Made by a program: the position numbers and the translations under genes. Positions 16,363 to 26,369 of a stretch of 38,660 bases of DNA are shown here, piece by piece. The notes beneath the pieces are model-generated. The model did not search any database. It was not told where the DNA came from and was given only the letters and a program-made list of their open reading frames with translations. Location: assembly GCA_003645805.1 (NCBI GenBank), contig QNCL01000003.1, positions 1 through 38,660 on the forward strand, given 5' to 3'. Origin of the DNA: Candidatus Omnitrophota bacterium (lineage in GTDB: Bacteria > Omnitrophota > 4484-213). Within the stretch, counting starts at the first letter, position 1. Each line of letters opens with the position of its first letter.

Positions 16363-17658
16363 ATGAGAAAAAGAAGGATATTGGTTAAGCAAGGGCGGGT
16401 GATAGACCCTAATAGCAGGAGAGATGAGATCACGGATATTCTTATCTGCGAGGAAAGGATTTGCAAGATAGAGAAGGAGATAAAGGAGAAAGAGGTTGAG
16501 GTTATCGATGCCAGAGGCAAGATTGTAATACCGGGCTTGGTAGATATCCATACTCATCTGCGCGAGCCAGGAAGAGAGGATGAGGAGAGTATCAAGAGCG
16601 GAGCAGAGGCAGGAGCAAAGGGAGGATTTACCACCCTTTGCTGTATGGCAAATACCCAACCAGTAGTAGATAATCAGGAGGTGGTAAGGTTTATTTATGA
16701 GAAGGCAAAAGAGGCAAGAATAAATATCTATCCTTTTGGAGCAGTAAGCAAAGGTTTAAAGGGAGAAGAATTGGCAGAGTTCGGAGAACTGAAGGAAGCC
16801 GGAGTAATTGGTCTTTCTGACGATGGCAGACCGATCTCAGATGCTAAACTCCTGCGCAGAGCATTAGAATATGCTCAGATGTTCTCTTTGATAATCAGTG
16901 TTCATTCCGAAGAGGAGAGGTTGAGTGAGAGAGGACAGATGAACGAAGGTTTTTTTTCTACCAAACTGGGACTTGAAGGTATCCCGGACATTGCGGAGTC
17001 TATAGCGGTCGCCCGAGATATCCAGATTGCCGAGTTTCTTCATCTCCCTTTACATTTTGCCCATATCAGCACAAGAAAGTCTGTAGATTTAATCAGGGAG
17101 GCGAAGAAAAGAGGGGTGAGGATAACCTGTGAGACAGCGCCACAATACTTTTCTCTGGAAGAAAGCCTTCTTTGTGGATTTGACACTAATCTTAAAGTAA
17201 ATCCACCCTTACGCTCAAAAGAGGATGTGGAGGCTATCAAGGAGGGATTAAGCGATGGGACAATAGATGCTATTGCCAGTGACCATGCTCCACATTCAGA
17301 GGAAGAAAAGAATCTTCCTTTTGATAAGGCACCGTTTGGAAGTATAGGTTTGGAGACTGCTTTAGCGGTAGGGATTACCGAACTGGTAGAGAAAAAGGTG
17401 TTGACGCTCTCCGGGTTGATAGAGAAGATGTCCTTAAATCCAGCAAGGATATTCAACCTTCCCGCCGGAGAATTAGATGTGGGAAAACAGGCGGATTTAG
17501 TGGTTGTGGATATGGACAGGAGATGGAAGGTGAAGAAGGAAGATATTCTTTCAAGGAGTAAGAATTCAGCATTCTTGGGAAGGGAACTGAAGGGACTGGT
17601 GATGACCACTATTTGTAAAGGAGAGGTGGTGTATACCTTTAATGGAGATAACCTATAA
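16363..17658 (+). CDS. pyrC: Dihydroorotase (class I)
   Basis: PGLVDIHTHLREPG, SDDG, KVNPPLR and SDHAPH motifs; start moved to ATG 16363. Confidence 0.96.
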   Translation: MRKRRILVKQGRVIDPNSRRDEITDILICEERICKIEKEIKEKEVEVIDARGKIVIPGLVDIHTHLREPGREDEESIKSGAEAGAKGGFTTLCCMANTQPVVDNQEVVRFIYEKAKEARINIYPFGAVSKGLKGEELAEFGELKEAGVIGLSDDGRPISDAKLLRRALEYAQMFSLIISVHSEEERLSERGQMNEGFFSTKLGLEGIPDIAESIAVARDIQIAEFLHLPLHFAHISTRKSVDLIREAKKRGVRITCETAPQYFSLEESLLCGFDTNLKVNPPLRSKEDVEAIKEGLSDGTIDAIASDHAPHSEEEKNLPFDKAPFGSIGLETALAVGITELVEKKVLTLSGLIEKMSLNPARIFNLPAGELDVGKQADLVVVDMDRRWKVKKEDILSRSKNSAFLGRELKGLVMTTICKGEVVYTFNGDNL

Positions 17659-18601
17659 TCTTATCCTGTTTCTCTTTGGGCTTTCTCTGCTTATCTTTGG
17701 TTCGGACTATCTTATTCACGCCTCCGCAAAACTCGCTTCTCTTTTCCGCCTTACTCCTTTGTTTATCGGGTTAGTGTTTATTGCCTTTGGCACTTCTCTT
17801 CCTGAGGCAGTAGTGAGTATTGTGGCAGGAATAAAAGGGCATAAGGAGGTCGCTTTAGGGAATATTCTGGGAAGTTGTATTGCCAATATTGGATTGGTTC
17901 TGGGAATATGTGCTTTTTTGTTTCCTTTGAGGATAGAGAAAGGGATCTTTAGAAGAGAAGTTCCTCTCCTGCTCTTGTGCACCTTTTTTGTCTATCTGTT
18001 AGGTGCTGATCTGGTTTTAGGGCGAGTAGACGGATTTCTTCTCCTTATATTCTTTTTCTTCTCTCTTTTTCTTCTTTATAAAGGAGCGAAGGAAGACTTC
18101 TCCTTATCTCAGATAAGCGGTTTTAAGTTTAAGCAGGTGTTTAAAAGGTTGAACTCCAGAGCGATGGTTCTCTTCTTTGCTCTTTTTTCTCTCTTTTTGG
18201 TCATCGGAGGGGCAAATTTGATGCTCAAAGCAGGTCTGCGGTTGGCGGAGGAGTTTAGGATAAGTGCTTGGGTTATTGGCATTAGCGTGTTTGCAATAAG
18301 CACCTCTCTTCCCGAATTAGCCGCTTCCTTGAGTGCTGGCTTTAGAGGGTTTCCGAGTATAGGAGTAGGGAATGTTATAGGGAGTAATATCTTTAATATC
18401 CTGTTTATTCTGGGAGTAGTGTCTTTGATAAAACCGGTTAATATTCAAGCAGGAATATGGAGATTTGACTTTCCTGTTTTGCTTTTATTTAGTTTGTTGC
18501 TATCAGTGTTTATGCGCACAGGCTATAAGATAAGCCGCGCAGAAGGCTTGCTGATGTTTTTGGGTTATCTGGTGTTTATTCTTCTCCTGATTAGAAAATG
18601 A
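17642..18601 (+). CDS. Calcium/sodium antiporter (CaCA, YrbG-like)
   Basis: Two alpha-repeats (GTSLPE..GNILGS; STSLPE..GNVIGSNIFN); about 10 hydrophobic helices. Confidence 0.93.
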   Translation: MEITYNLILFLFGLSLLIFGSDYLIHASAKLASLFRLTPLFIGLVFIAFGTSLPEAVVSIVAGIKGHKEVALGNILGSCIANIGLVLGICAFLFPLRIEKGIFRREVPLLLLCTFFVYLLGADLVLGRVDGFLLLIFFFFSLFLLYKGAKEDFSLSQISGFKFKQVFKRLNSRAMVLFFALFSLFLVIGGANLMLKAGLRLAEEFRISAWVIGISVFAISTSLPELAASLSAGFRGFPSIGVGNVIGSNIFNILFILGVVSLIKPVNIQAGIWRFDFPVLLLFSLLLSVFMRTGYKISRAEGLLMFLGYLVFILLLIRK

Positions 18602-18666
18602 GGGCGAATTATATACAAAGAAGAAAAAAGCGAGAGTAATCAACTCCAGTTTGCAGGTAAGCAGAG

Positions 18667-19893
18667 ATGTTTATTGCTGATTTTCATATTCATTCCCGAT
18701 ACAGTCGAGCAACCAGTAAAGAGATGGATGTGGAGCATCTGGTGCAGTGGGCGAGATGGAAGGGTATAAAGTTATTAGGCACAGGAGACTGGACACACCA
18801 TCTTTGGCTTGAGGAACTTAAAGCAAAGTTGGAGCCATTAAACAACGGGCTATTTATCTATAAAGGAATCTACTTTATTCTTAGCACCGAGGTGAGCAAT
18901 ATCTATTTTAAGTATGGAAAAACTCGACGAGTGCATAACCTCATTTTTGCTCCCTCTTTTAAGGTAGTGGATAAGATAAACTCTGTTTTGAGCACCTACG
19001 GAGATTTATCTGTAGATGGGCGTCCAGTTCTATCTCTTGATTGCCAGGAGATGGTGCGGATTATTCTGGATATCTGTGCAGATTGTTTTATTGTTCCTGC
19101 CCACGCCTGGACTCCTTGGTTTGGTATATTTGGTTCGCAAACCGGATTTGACAAGATTGAAGAATGCTTTGATAAACAAACACCCAATATCTATGCCTTG
19201 GAGACTGGATTATCCTCTGATCCAGCAATGAATTGGCGCTGGAGCGCTTTAGATAGATTTGCGCTGATAAGCAACTCCGATGCCCATTCTCCGGTGCGTT
19301 TAGGCAGAGAAGCAAATGCTTTTGATTGCGAATTAGACTACTATGCCATCCTTAAAGCCTTAAAGCAGAGAGATAAGAGGAGATTTTTGTTTACTATTGA
19401 GTTTTTCCCCCAAGAAGGAAAATATCATTTTGATGGCCATCGGAGTTGCAGTATCTGTTTCTCTCCTCAGCAGACCAGAGAACATAACAACCTCTGCCCT
19501 AAGTGTGGCAGGCCTTTGACGGTGGGGGTGATGAATAGAGTAGAGCAACTTGCGGATCGTCCAGAGAACTTTCAACCTGAGCAAGCAATCCCTTTCAAGA
19601 GTCTAATACCTCTGGAGGAGATCATCGCCGAAGCCTATGGGGTAGGTAAGGAGACGAGAGGGGTGCAGAGGGATTATCTTTCTTTTGTGCAGAATCTAGG
19701 GAATGAGTTTGAAATTCTATTGACTATTCCCGAGCAGATATTAAGAAGACGTTTACCCGAGCGAGTAAGTGAGGGGATAATCAGGGTAAGAGAAGGTAAG
19801 GTGGATATTAGACCAGGGTATGATGGAGAGTATGGAAAGATTACTATCTTTCCTAAAGAGAAGGAAGAAGGAAGGCAGATGAGTTTGTTTTAG
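18667..19893 (+). CDS. Endonuclease Q family (PHP domain plus Zn finger) protein
   Basis: ADFHIHSRYSRATS, GTGD, PAHAWTPW, ETGLSSD, NSDAHS, GKYHxDGHRxC, CPxCG and PGYDGEYG motifs. Confidence 0.9.
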   Translation: MFIADFHIHSRYSRATSKEMDVEHLVQWARWKGIKLLGTGDWTHHLWLEELKAKLEPLNNGLFIYKGIYFILSTEVSNIYFKYGKTRRVHNLIFAPSFKVVDKINSVLSTYGDLSVDGRPVLSLDCQEMVRIILDICADCFIVPAHAWTPWFGIFGSQTGFDKIEECFDKQTPNIYALETGLSSDPAMNWRWSALDRFALISNSDAHSPVRLGREANAFDCELDYYAILKALKQRDKRRFLFTIEFFPQEGKYHFDGHRSCSICFSPQQTREHNNLCPKCGRPLTVGVMNRVEQLADRPENFQPEQAIPFKSLIPLEEIIAEAYGVGKETRGVQRDYLSFVQNLGNEFEILLTIPEQILRRRLPERVSEGIIRVREGKVDIRPGYDGEYGKITIFPKEKEEGRQMSLF

Positions 19894-19958
19894 GTTTTTA
19901 AAGAAAAATCTTCTTCGGTTTTTCATATAAAGATTTTCTAAGATCGTGAGGAGGAGCG

Positions 19959-20762
19959 ATGCCCGAACTTCCAGAGGTGGAGACCATTAGAAGGGATCTG
20001 GAGAAGGTAGTAGTGGGTAAAAGGATTAAAGAAGCGAGAATTGGCAGTGCAAAGGTGATAAAAGAACCAGATGTCAAGGATTTTGTCCAGAAGATAGCCA
20101 ATAGGCAAATAAAGGAGGTTTTTCGTCGGGGTAAGGTGCTTATCTTTGGGCTTTCTACCCAGTATTTAGTTATCCATCTGCGGATGACCGGGCAGATTAT
20201 CTATGGAGAGAGAGAAGAGGAAAGCCGAATTTCCTTCTTGCTTTCTGACGGAAGGTATCTTAACTTTCTTGATCAGCGCTTGATGGGAGAGGTGAGGTTG
20301 GTAGATAACTGGCAGGAGATTTGCTTTATTCGCCAGATGGGTCCCGAGCCTTTAGAGGAGGAGTTTACCTTAAAGAGGTTTGAAGAGATGATAAAAGGAA
20401 AGAAAAGCAAGATAAAGCCTTTGTTAATGGATCAGAGTTTTATTGCCGGTATAGGAAATCTTTATGCAGTGGAGATACTCTTCAGAGCAGGAATAAACCC
20501 TTTGCGTCCAGCAAATGACCTGTCTTTAGCAGAGATAAAGAGGCTTTTTTCCGCAATAAAAGAGGTATTAAGAGAGGGGATAGAATATCGCGGGTCGTCA
20601 GTGGATACTTATCGCGATGCTTATGGAAGAAAAGGAGGATTTGAACAGAGGCTTTGTGTATATGCCAGAGAAGGACAGCCCTGTGTTAAGTGCGCCAAGC
20701 CCATCAAAAGAGTTAATTTAGCAGGCAGAGGCACATACTTTTGTCCTCTCTGTCAGAAATAA
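19959..20762 (+). CDS. mutM: Formamidopyrimidine-DNA glycosylase
   Basis: MPELPEVE, RRGK, HLRMTG, GIGNLY and C-terminal Zn finger. Confidence 0.97.
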   Translation: MPELPEVETIRRDLEKVVVGKRIKEARIGSAKVIKEPDVKDFVQKIANRQIKEVFRRGKVLIFGLSTQYLVIHLRMTGQIIYGEREEESRISFLLSDGRYLNFLDQRLMGEVRLVDNWQEICFIRQMGPEPLEEEFTLKRFEEMIKGKKSKIKPLLMDQSFIAGIGNLYAVEILFRAGINPLRPANDLSLAEIKRLFSAIKEVLREGIEYRGSSVDTYRDAYGRKGGFEQRLCVYAREGQPCVKCAKPIKRVNLAGRGTYFCPLCQK

Positions 20763-20776
20763 AGAATCTGGGCAAG

Positions 20777-21601
20777 ATGGAAGGGAGAAATCTGCTTCAC
20801 AAACTCAGGGTAGTTTCCAACCTTCGGGTAAGTCCGGGATACTTTAAGATGGTTTTGTTTGCTCCGAGGATTGCTCAAAGCGCTTACCCGGGTCAGTTTA
20901 TCTATCTTCTTGTAGAGAATACCTGCTTTCCTCTTTTAAGACGAGCGTTTAGTGTGCACAGGGTTAGAGAGGAGAAAGGAGAGATAGAGATTTTATGCAA
21001 GATAAGAGGAGAGGGAACAAAACTATTGAGTAGAAAGAGAGAGGGTGAGGAGATAGAGGCGATAGGACCTCTGGGGAGGGGATTTGAGTGTTTTTCAAGA
21101 GAGGATTATCAGGCAGTGGTGTTGGTAGGGGGAGGAGTAGGAATAGCCCCTCTGGTTTTTTTAGGAGAAAGGATAAAAAACAGGAAAGGAATGAAGGTCT
21201 TGGTTTTGATCGGAGCAAAGAGAAGAGAAGAGGTGCTGTGCGTTAAGGACTTTCAGGACTTAGGCTATAAAGTAGAGGTGGCTACCGAGGATGGTAGTCA
21301 GGGAAGAAAGGCTCTGGTGAGCGAGTTGTTAGCAGAGCATTTAGCAAACGCCGAAGTCTGTGCATACAATGTTGTTTATTCCTCCGGTCCTCTTCCGATG
21401 CTGAAAGAGGTGGCAAGGATTAGTGGGGAGTATAGACTCTCTTCTTATGTCTGTGTAGAACAGAAGATGGGTTGCGGGATAGGAGTTTGTCGTGGATGTG
21501 CAATAGGGGTTATAGATAAACAAGGAAGAAGGGGGTATAAGAGGGTATGCAGAGATGGGCCTGTATTTGAGGGAGGGGAGATAGACTGGACTTATGTATG
21601 A
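20777..21601 (+). CDS. pyrK: Dihydroorotate dehydrogenase electron transfer subunit
   Basis: PGQF, LRRAFS, GPLG, GGGVGIAP and MGCGIGVCRGC..VCRDGPVF motifs; start moved to ATG 20777. Confidence 0.93.
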   Translation: MEGRNLLHKLRVVSNLRVSPGYFKMVLFAPRIAQSAYPGQFIYLLVENTCFPLLRRAFSVHRVREEKGEIEILCKIRGEGTKLLSRKREGEEIEAIGPLGRGFECFSREDYQAVVLVGGGVGIAPLVFLGERIKNRKGMKVLVLIGAKRREEVLCVKDFQDLGYKVEVATEDGSQGRKALVSELLAEHLANAEVCAYNVVYSSGPLPMLKEVARISGEYRLSSYVCVEQKMGCGIGVCRGCAIGVIDKQGRRGYKRVCRDGPVFEGGEIDWTYV

Positions 21602-21613
21602 TTTATAAAGCAG

Positions 21614-22108
21614 ATGCTACATTATATAGTTGATGGTTATAATGTAATCAGACAGACAGGTTTCTTAAGCAGGAAGACCTTGCGCGGAGAGAGGGAAGGG
21701 TTGATAAGGTTTGTGGAGGAGAGGAAACCGCAGGGCAAGAATAGAATTACGATTGTTTTTGATGGCCAGAAGGATATCTGCCCGCCCCTGAAAGGTATAA
21801 AGGAAGAGAAGGTGAAGGTAGTTTTTGCTCGAGGTATCTCCGCAGATGAGAAGATAAAGAGGATGGTGGAGAAAGAAGGAGCAAAGCAGGTAGTGGTAGT
21901 TAGCGATGATAAGGAGATAAGAGTTTATGTGCGTGCATTAGGAGCAAGGGTGTTGTCGGTGAAGGAGTTTATAGAGAAGGGCGGGGAAAGAAGAGAAAGA
22001 AAGAAGGAAGGTTCGTCCTCTCAAGTGGAAAGAAAGAGATTGCCAGAAGGGATAGAGGAGATTACTTCAGAGTTAAAAAGGCTATGGCTAAAGGAGAGGG
22101 CTGTTTGA
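21614..22108 (+). CDS. NYN/YacP (Rae1-like) PIN-fold RNase domain protein
   Basis: IVDGYNV, IVFDG, SADEKI and VVSDD motifs. Confidence 0.88.
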   Translation: MLHYIVDGYNVIRQTGFLSRKTLRGEREGLIRFVEERKPQGKNRITIVFDGQKDICPPLKGIKEEKVKVVFARGISADEKIKRMVEKEGAKQVVVVSDDKEIRVYVRALGARVLSVKEFIEKGGERRERKKEGSSSQVERKRLPEGIEEITSELKRLWLKERAV

Positions 22109-23007
22109 GCACAAGGCTGGGAGGAATAGAATTAAAGAATCCTGTATTGCTTGCCTCGGGCACCTTTGCATATGCAGAGGAGATTAGCCAGTGGGTGGAC
22201 CTGAACAGGGTGGGAGGGCTAATTACCAAGACTATTACTTTAAAACCTCGTGCAGGGAATCCTCCTCCTCGCCTTGCAGAAACCCCGTGCGGACTTCTTA
22301 ATGCGATAGGTTTAGAGAACCCGGGAATAGAGGGGTTTCTGAAGAGTAAACTGCCTTTTCTCCTCCGATTTAAGGTTCCTATCATTGTAAGCATTGCTGG
22401 AGAGGATAAACAGGAGTATGTGGAACTTGCGCGCAAACTACAGAGGGAGGGAGTAGCAGGTTTGGAATTGAATATCTCCTGTCCAAATATAGCAAGGAAG
22501 GAAGGAAGAATGATTTCCCAGGATGAGAAAGCGACCTATAGTTTGACGAGGGCGGTGCGGAGAGAAACCTCTCTTCCGCTGGTGGTAAAACTTTCTCCTA
22601 ATGTGGGAGACATATCTGCTATTGCTAAGTCTGCAGAGGAGGCAGGAGCAGATATCCTCTCGCTGGTTAATACCTTTTTAGGAATGGCTATTGATATTGA
22701 CCGCAGAAAGCCTAAGTTAGGGAATGTTATAGGAGGGTTAAGTGGACCAGCAATAAAACCTCTGGTTTTAAGAGCAGTATACGAGGTTGCTCAGGAGGTA
22801 AAGATTCCTATTATTGGAATGGGCGGAATTATGCGGTGGCAAGATGCTCTGGAGTTTATTCTTGCCGGAGCAAGTGCTGTAGCCGTGGGAACAGCCAATC
22901 TTATAAACCCTCTTTATGTAGTGGAGATTATAGAGGGATTGAAAGGTTATCTCCAGAAAGAGGGAATAGGGAATATTGAAGAGTTGCGTGCAGGATTAGA
23001 GGAATAG
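22084..23007 (+). CDS. pyrD: Dihydroorotate dehydrogenase family 1B catalytic subunit
   Basis: ASGTF, GNPPPR, NAIGLENPG, ELNISCPN, KLSPN and GGLSGPAIKP motifs. Confidence 0.96.
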   Translation: MAKGEGCLSTRLGGIELKNPVLLASGTFAYAEEISQWVDLNRVGGLITKTITLKPRAGNPPPRLAETPCGLLNAIGLENPGIEGFLKSKLPFLLRFKVPIIVSIAGEDKQEYVELARKLQREGVAGLELNISCPNIARKEGRMISQDEKATYSLTRAVRRETSLPLVVKLSPNVGDISAIAKSAEEAGADILSLVNTFLGMAIDIDRRKPKLGNVIGGLSGPAIKPLVLRAVYEVAQEVKIPIIGMGGIMRWQDALEFILAGASAVAVGTANLINPLYVVEIIEGLKGYLQKEGIGNIEELRAGLEE

Positions 23008-23045
23008 AGTTGGAGAGAGGTTTTTGAGGTTAGGAAGAAGAGCAG

Positions 23046-23627
23046 ATGGAAAGGGAGAAGATTAGAAAAGGGGATAGTGTTTATGTGCGCAGTAGAGGTT
23101 GGGTCAGCAGGTTGATTGTTTTGGTTTCCACAGGAGGGAAAAGGGATAGCCGAGATTGTCCAAGCCATGAAGCGAGGGTGTTTGATATAGTGGATGGAGA
23201 GATTAAGTTGATAGAGGTGGTGTTTACGGGGAAGAGGTATATTAGTCTTGATAAGTACTTGAGCAAGAAAGGAATACGCATATGGGTCAAGAGAGATGAG
23301 TATCTTTTGGGCGAGAGAGGCGAGATAGATGAAGCGAAGGTAGAGAGTCTTTTATCTTTTCTTAAGCAGATAAAGGTAAAAGGATATGATTGGCGATTAT
23401 TTCTTGGGTTAGGAATAAGAGGGGTGCTGAGAAAGGTGTTCAGAAGTGGTTCTCGTTTTAATTGGGTGACCAGAATCTTGGATAGCAAGATAGCCTTTGT
23501 GTGTTCAGAGTTCCAGAATGCGGGAAGGAGATATATTGGGATGAATATTCCCGAGAACGAAACACCCGCTGATGATATGCGCAAGATACCCGCAAGGATG
23601 ATCACAACCTATGCTTCTGAGAAGTAA
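23046..23627 (+). CDS. Probable permuted papain-like NlpC/P60 (YiiX/YaeF-type) hydrolase
   Basis: GD-x-V-Y-V start, SH near the N-terminus (PSHEA), YD, CSEF near the C-terminus, TPxD tail. Confidence 0.7.
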   Translation: MEREKIRKGDSVYVRSRGWVSRLIVLVSTGGKRDSRDCPSHEARVFDIVDGEIKLIEVVFTGKRYISLDKYLSKKGIRIWVKRDEYLLGERGEIDEAKVESLLSFLKQIKVKGYDWRLFLGLGIRGVLRKVFRSGSRFNWVTRILDSKIAFVCSEFQNAGRRYIGMNIPENETPADDMRKIPARMITTYASEK

Positions 23628-23662
23628 GTAATCAATCACAGAGAAGATGAGGAAGCAGGAGG

Positions 23663-24481
23663 ATGTTCCCTTTGAATTTAGATACTCAGAGCATTCAGAT
23701 TATGGGCATTGTTAATACCACTCCCGACTCCTTTTATGACGGGGGAAGGTTCTATGAGAAGGAGAAGGCGGTGGAACATGCTCTGCGTTTAGCCGAGGAA
23801 GGAGCAGAGATTATTGATATAGGAGGAGAATCTTCTCGTCCAGGAGCCCAGCCTGTCTCTGAGGAGGAGGAACTCAGGCGGGTGATTCCAGTGATCGAAG
23901 GTTTGCGCAGAAGATCGGGCATTCCCATCTCTGTTGATACCTACAAAAGCAAAGTAGCAGAGAAAGCGATTGAAGCAGGGGCAAACATTGTCAATGATAT
24001 CTCTGCTCTGCGAATGGATAGAAGGATGGTGGAGGTGGTGAAGAAATATAAGGTAGCAATAGTATTGATGCATATGCAAGGCACTCCTTCTACTATGCAA
24101 GTCAATCCTTCTTATGAGGATGTGTTAAAGGAGATATTTGATTTTCTGAAGGAGCGAGTAGATTTTGCTTCCCGGAATGGAATTGCTTTTGAGAGGATTA
24201 TCATTGACCCAGGGATCGGTTTTGGCAAAAGATTGGAGCACAATCTTCTAATCCTCAGACATCTGGAGAGATTTAAAGCCCTTAATAGGCCAGTGCTGAT
24301 AGGAGTGTCTCGTAAGTCCTTTATTGGTCAGATACTCAATTTACCGGAAGAGGAGAGATTAGAAGGGACAATATCTGCTATTTGCCTCTCTATTATGAAA
24401 GGAGCGAATATCTTGCGCGTGCATGATGTTAAGGAGGTCAGGAGAGCGGTAGAGGTAGCAAAAGCAATAATGGGAAGGTAA
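23663..24481 (+). CDS. folP: Dihydropteroate synthase
   Basis: MGIVNTTPDSFYDGG, DIGGESSRPG, DPGIGFGK, SRKSF and RVHDV motifs. Confidence 0.97.
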   Translation: MFPLNLDTQSIQIMGIVNTTPDSFYDGGRFYEKEKAVEHALRLAEEGAEIIDIGGESSRPGAQPVSEEEELRRVIPVIEGLRRRSGIPISVDTYKSKVAEKAIEAGANIVNDISALRMDRRMVEVVKKYKVAIVLMHMQGTPSTMQVNPSYEDVLKEIFDFLKERVDFASRNGIAFERIIIDPGIGFGKRLEHNLLILRHLERFKALNRPVLIGVSRKSFIGQILNLPEEERLEGTISAICLSIMKGANILRVHDVKEVRRAVEVAKAIMGR

Positions 24482-24485
24482 AAAG

Positions 24486-26369
24486 ATGTATTTCTGTTAT
24501 CCTAAAACCTTTGCTCGTCAAGAGGTCTTAGATTGGTTAAGATATCAGAAGACTTTTGTCCTTCTTGAAACAGGAAGAAAGACCTCAGAGGATTACCTTA
24601 CCTATATCTTCACCCATCCTGTTTATATCCTTTGTTGTTATAGTTCGGAGGAGGTAAGAGAGAGTTTCAGGCAGTTAGAGAGGTTTTTGGATGCCCATTA
24701 TTATTTAGCAGGATTTCTTTCCTATGAACTTGGTTATGTCTTTCAAGGTATAGGAAGGATACAGAGATGCACTTTCCCCCTTCTCTGGTTTGGTGTGTTT
24801 AGTTCCCCTATCATCTTTGACCATCGCCAGAACAGATTCTTAGACGCTAAAATGCAGAGCCCTGCCCGAGTTAGAAAGAAGGCTTACCAGATAAAAAATC
24901 TAAGGTTAAATATCAACAAAGAGTTATATCTGAGTGCTATTGAGCGAATTAAGGAGTTTCTTAGACAGGGAGAGACCTATGAAGTGAATTATACAATGAA
25001 GTATAAGTTTGACCTTAACGGTTCTGTTTATCAACTCTACTCTGATCTGCACAACTCTCAATCTGTTTCCTATAGCGGGTTTATAAAAGCAAAGGACTTT
25101 AAAATTCTCACTTTTTCTCCAGAGTTGTTTTTTAGAAAAAGAGGGAGGAGGATTACGGTCAGGCCAATGAAAGGCACTACTCCGAGAGCAGAGAGTACAA
25201 GAGCAGAGGAGATGAATAAAAGGCTGTTGTTTTCTGATGAGAAAAATAGGGCAGAAAACCTGATGATTGTGGATTTGCTGCGCAACGATCTGGGCAGGAT
25301 ATCAGAGATAGGGAGTGTGCAGGTAAAAGAGATGTTTACTGTAGAGAGGTATGAGACCCTTTTTCAGATGACCTCTACCATAGAAGGTAGATTAAGGAAG
25401 GATGTTGACTTCTATCAAATATTCGCCTCTCTTTTTCCTTCAGGTTCGGTTACCGGAGCACCTAAAATACGCACAATGGAGATTATAAAGGAACTGGAGA
25501 GGGAAAGGCGTCAGATCTACACCGGAGCAATTGGTTTTATTAAACCTTGCAGAGACGCAGTGTTTAATGTGGCTATTCGCACTATCTTGCTTCAGAAGGA
25601 AAAAGGCGAGATGGGAGTGGGAAGTGGGATTGTTTATGATTCTGAACCAGAAAAGGAATATGAGGAGTGCAGACTAAAAGCAGACTTTTTAAGCGAAGCG
25701 GGAAGGGAGTTTCAGTTGATAGAGACTATTCTTTATTCCAAAGGAAGATTTTTTCTTCTAACCCTTCATCTTCAGCGTTTAAGAGAATCAGCAGAGTTTT
25801 TTGATTTTTGCTATAATGAGAGGTGGATAAAAGAGAAACTCTACCAGATAAGAGAGAGGTTGAGGTTTGCTTTATCATATCGGGTGCGTTTACTTCTCTT
25901 CAAGAATGGAGATGTTTCTATTACCTATCAACCTATCTCTGCTCTCGGGGCAGACAAGGAAAGATTTATTGCTCTTTCCAAGGAGAGGGTGAGGTCAGAG
26001 GATATCTTTCTTTATCATAAAACCACCCGCCGTTGGCTATATGAGCGGGAGTATCAGAGATATAAACGATTAGGATTCTACGATGTAATTTTTAGAAACG
26101 AGAAGGACGAAATAACCGAAGGAGCAATCTCCAATCTTTTTGTTAAACTCAAAGGCAGATATTACACTCCTCCTCTTTCTTCCGGGGTGTTGAACGGAGT
26201 TTATCGGCGGTATCTGTTAGGGAGAAGAAAAGATATTCAGGAAAGGGTTCTGCGATGGGAGGATATAGAGAAAGCGGAGGAGGTATATCTCACCAATGCA
26301 GTGAGAGGAATGGTGAGGGTAAGGGCAGGTAGATTGACAGAGAAGGGAGGAGAGCACCGTGTTGAATAA
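24486..26369 (+). CDS. pabB: Aminodeoxychorismate synthase component I fused to class-IV aminotransferase/ADC lyase (PabB-PabC)
   Basis: SPELF, PMKGT, AENLMIVDLLRND and FPSGSVTGAPK, then LIET, HKTT, TEGAISN and NAVRG. Confidence 0.92.
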   Translation: MYFCYPKTFARQEVLDWLRYQKTFVLLETGRKTSEDYLTYIFTHPVYILCCYSSEEVRESFRQLERFLDAHYYLAGFLSYELGYVFQGIGRIQRCTFPLLWFGVFSSPIIFDHRQNRFLDAKMQSPARVRKKAYQIKNLRLNINKELYLSAIERIKEFLRQGETYEVNYTMKYKFDLNGSVYQLYSDLHNSQSVSYSGFIKAKDFKILTFSPELFFRKRGRRITVRPMKGTTPRAESTRAEEMNKRLLFSDEKNRAENLMIVDLLRNDLGRISEIGSVQVKEMFTVERYETLFQMTSTIEGRLRKDVDFYQIFASLFPSGSVTGAPKIRTMEIIKELERERRQIYTGAIGFIKPCRDAVFNVAIRTILLQKEKGEMGVGSGIVYDSEPEKEYEECRLKADFLSEAGREFQLIETILYSKGRFFLLTLHLQRLRESAEFFDFCYNERWIKEKLYQIRERLRFALSYRVRLLLFKNGDVSITYQPISALGADKERFIALSKERVRSEDIFLYHKTTRRWLYEREYQRYKRLGFYDVIFRNEKDEITEGAISNLFVKLKGRYYTPPLSSGVLNGVYRRYLLGRRKDIQERVLRWEDIEKAEEVYLTNAVRGMVRVRAGRLTEKGGEHRVE

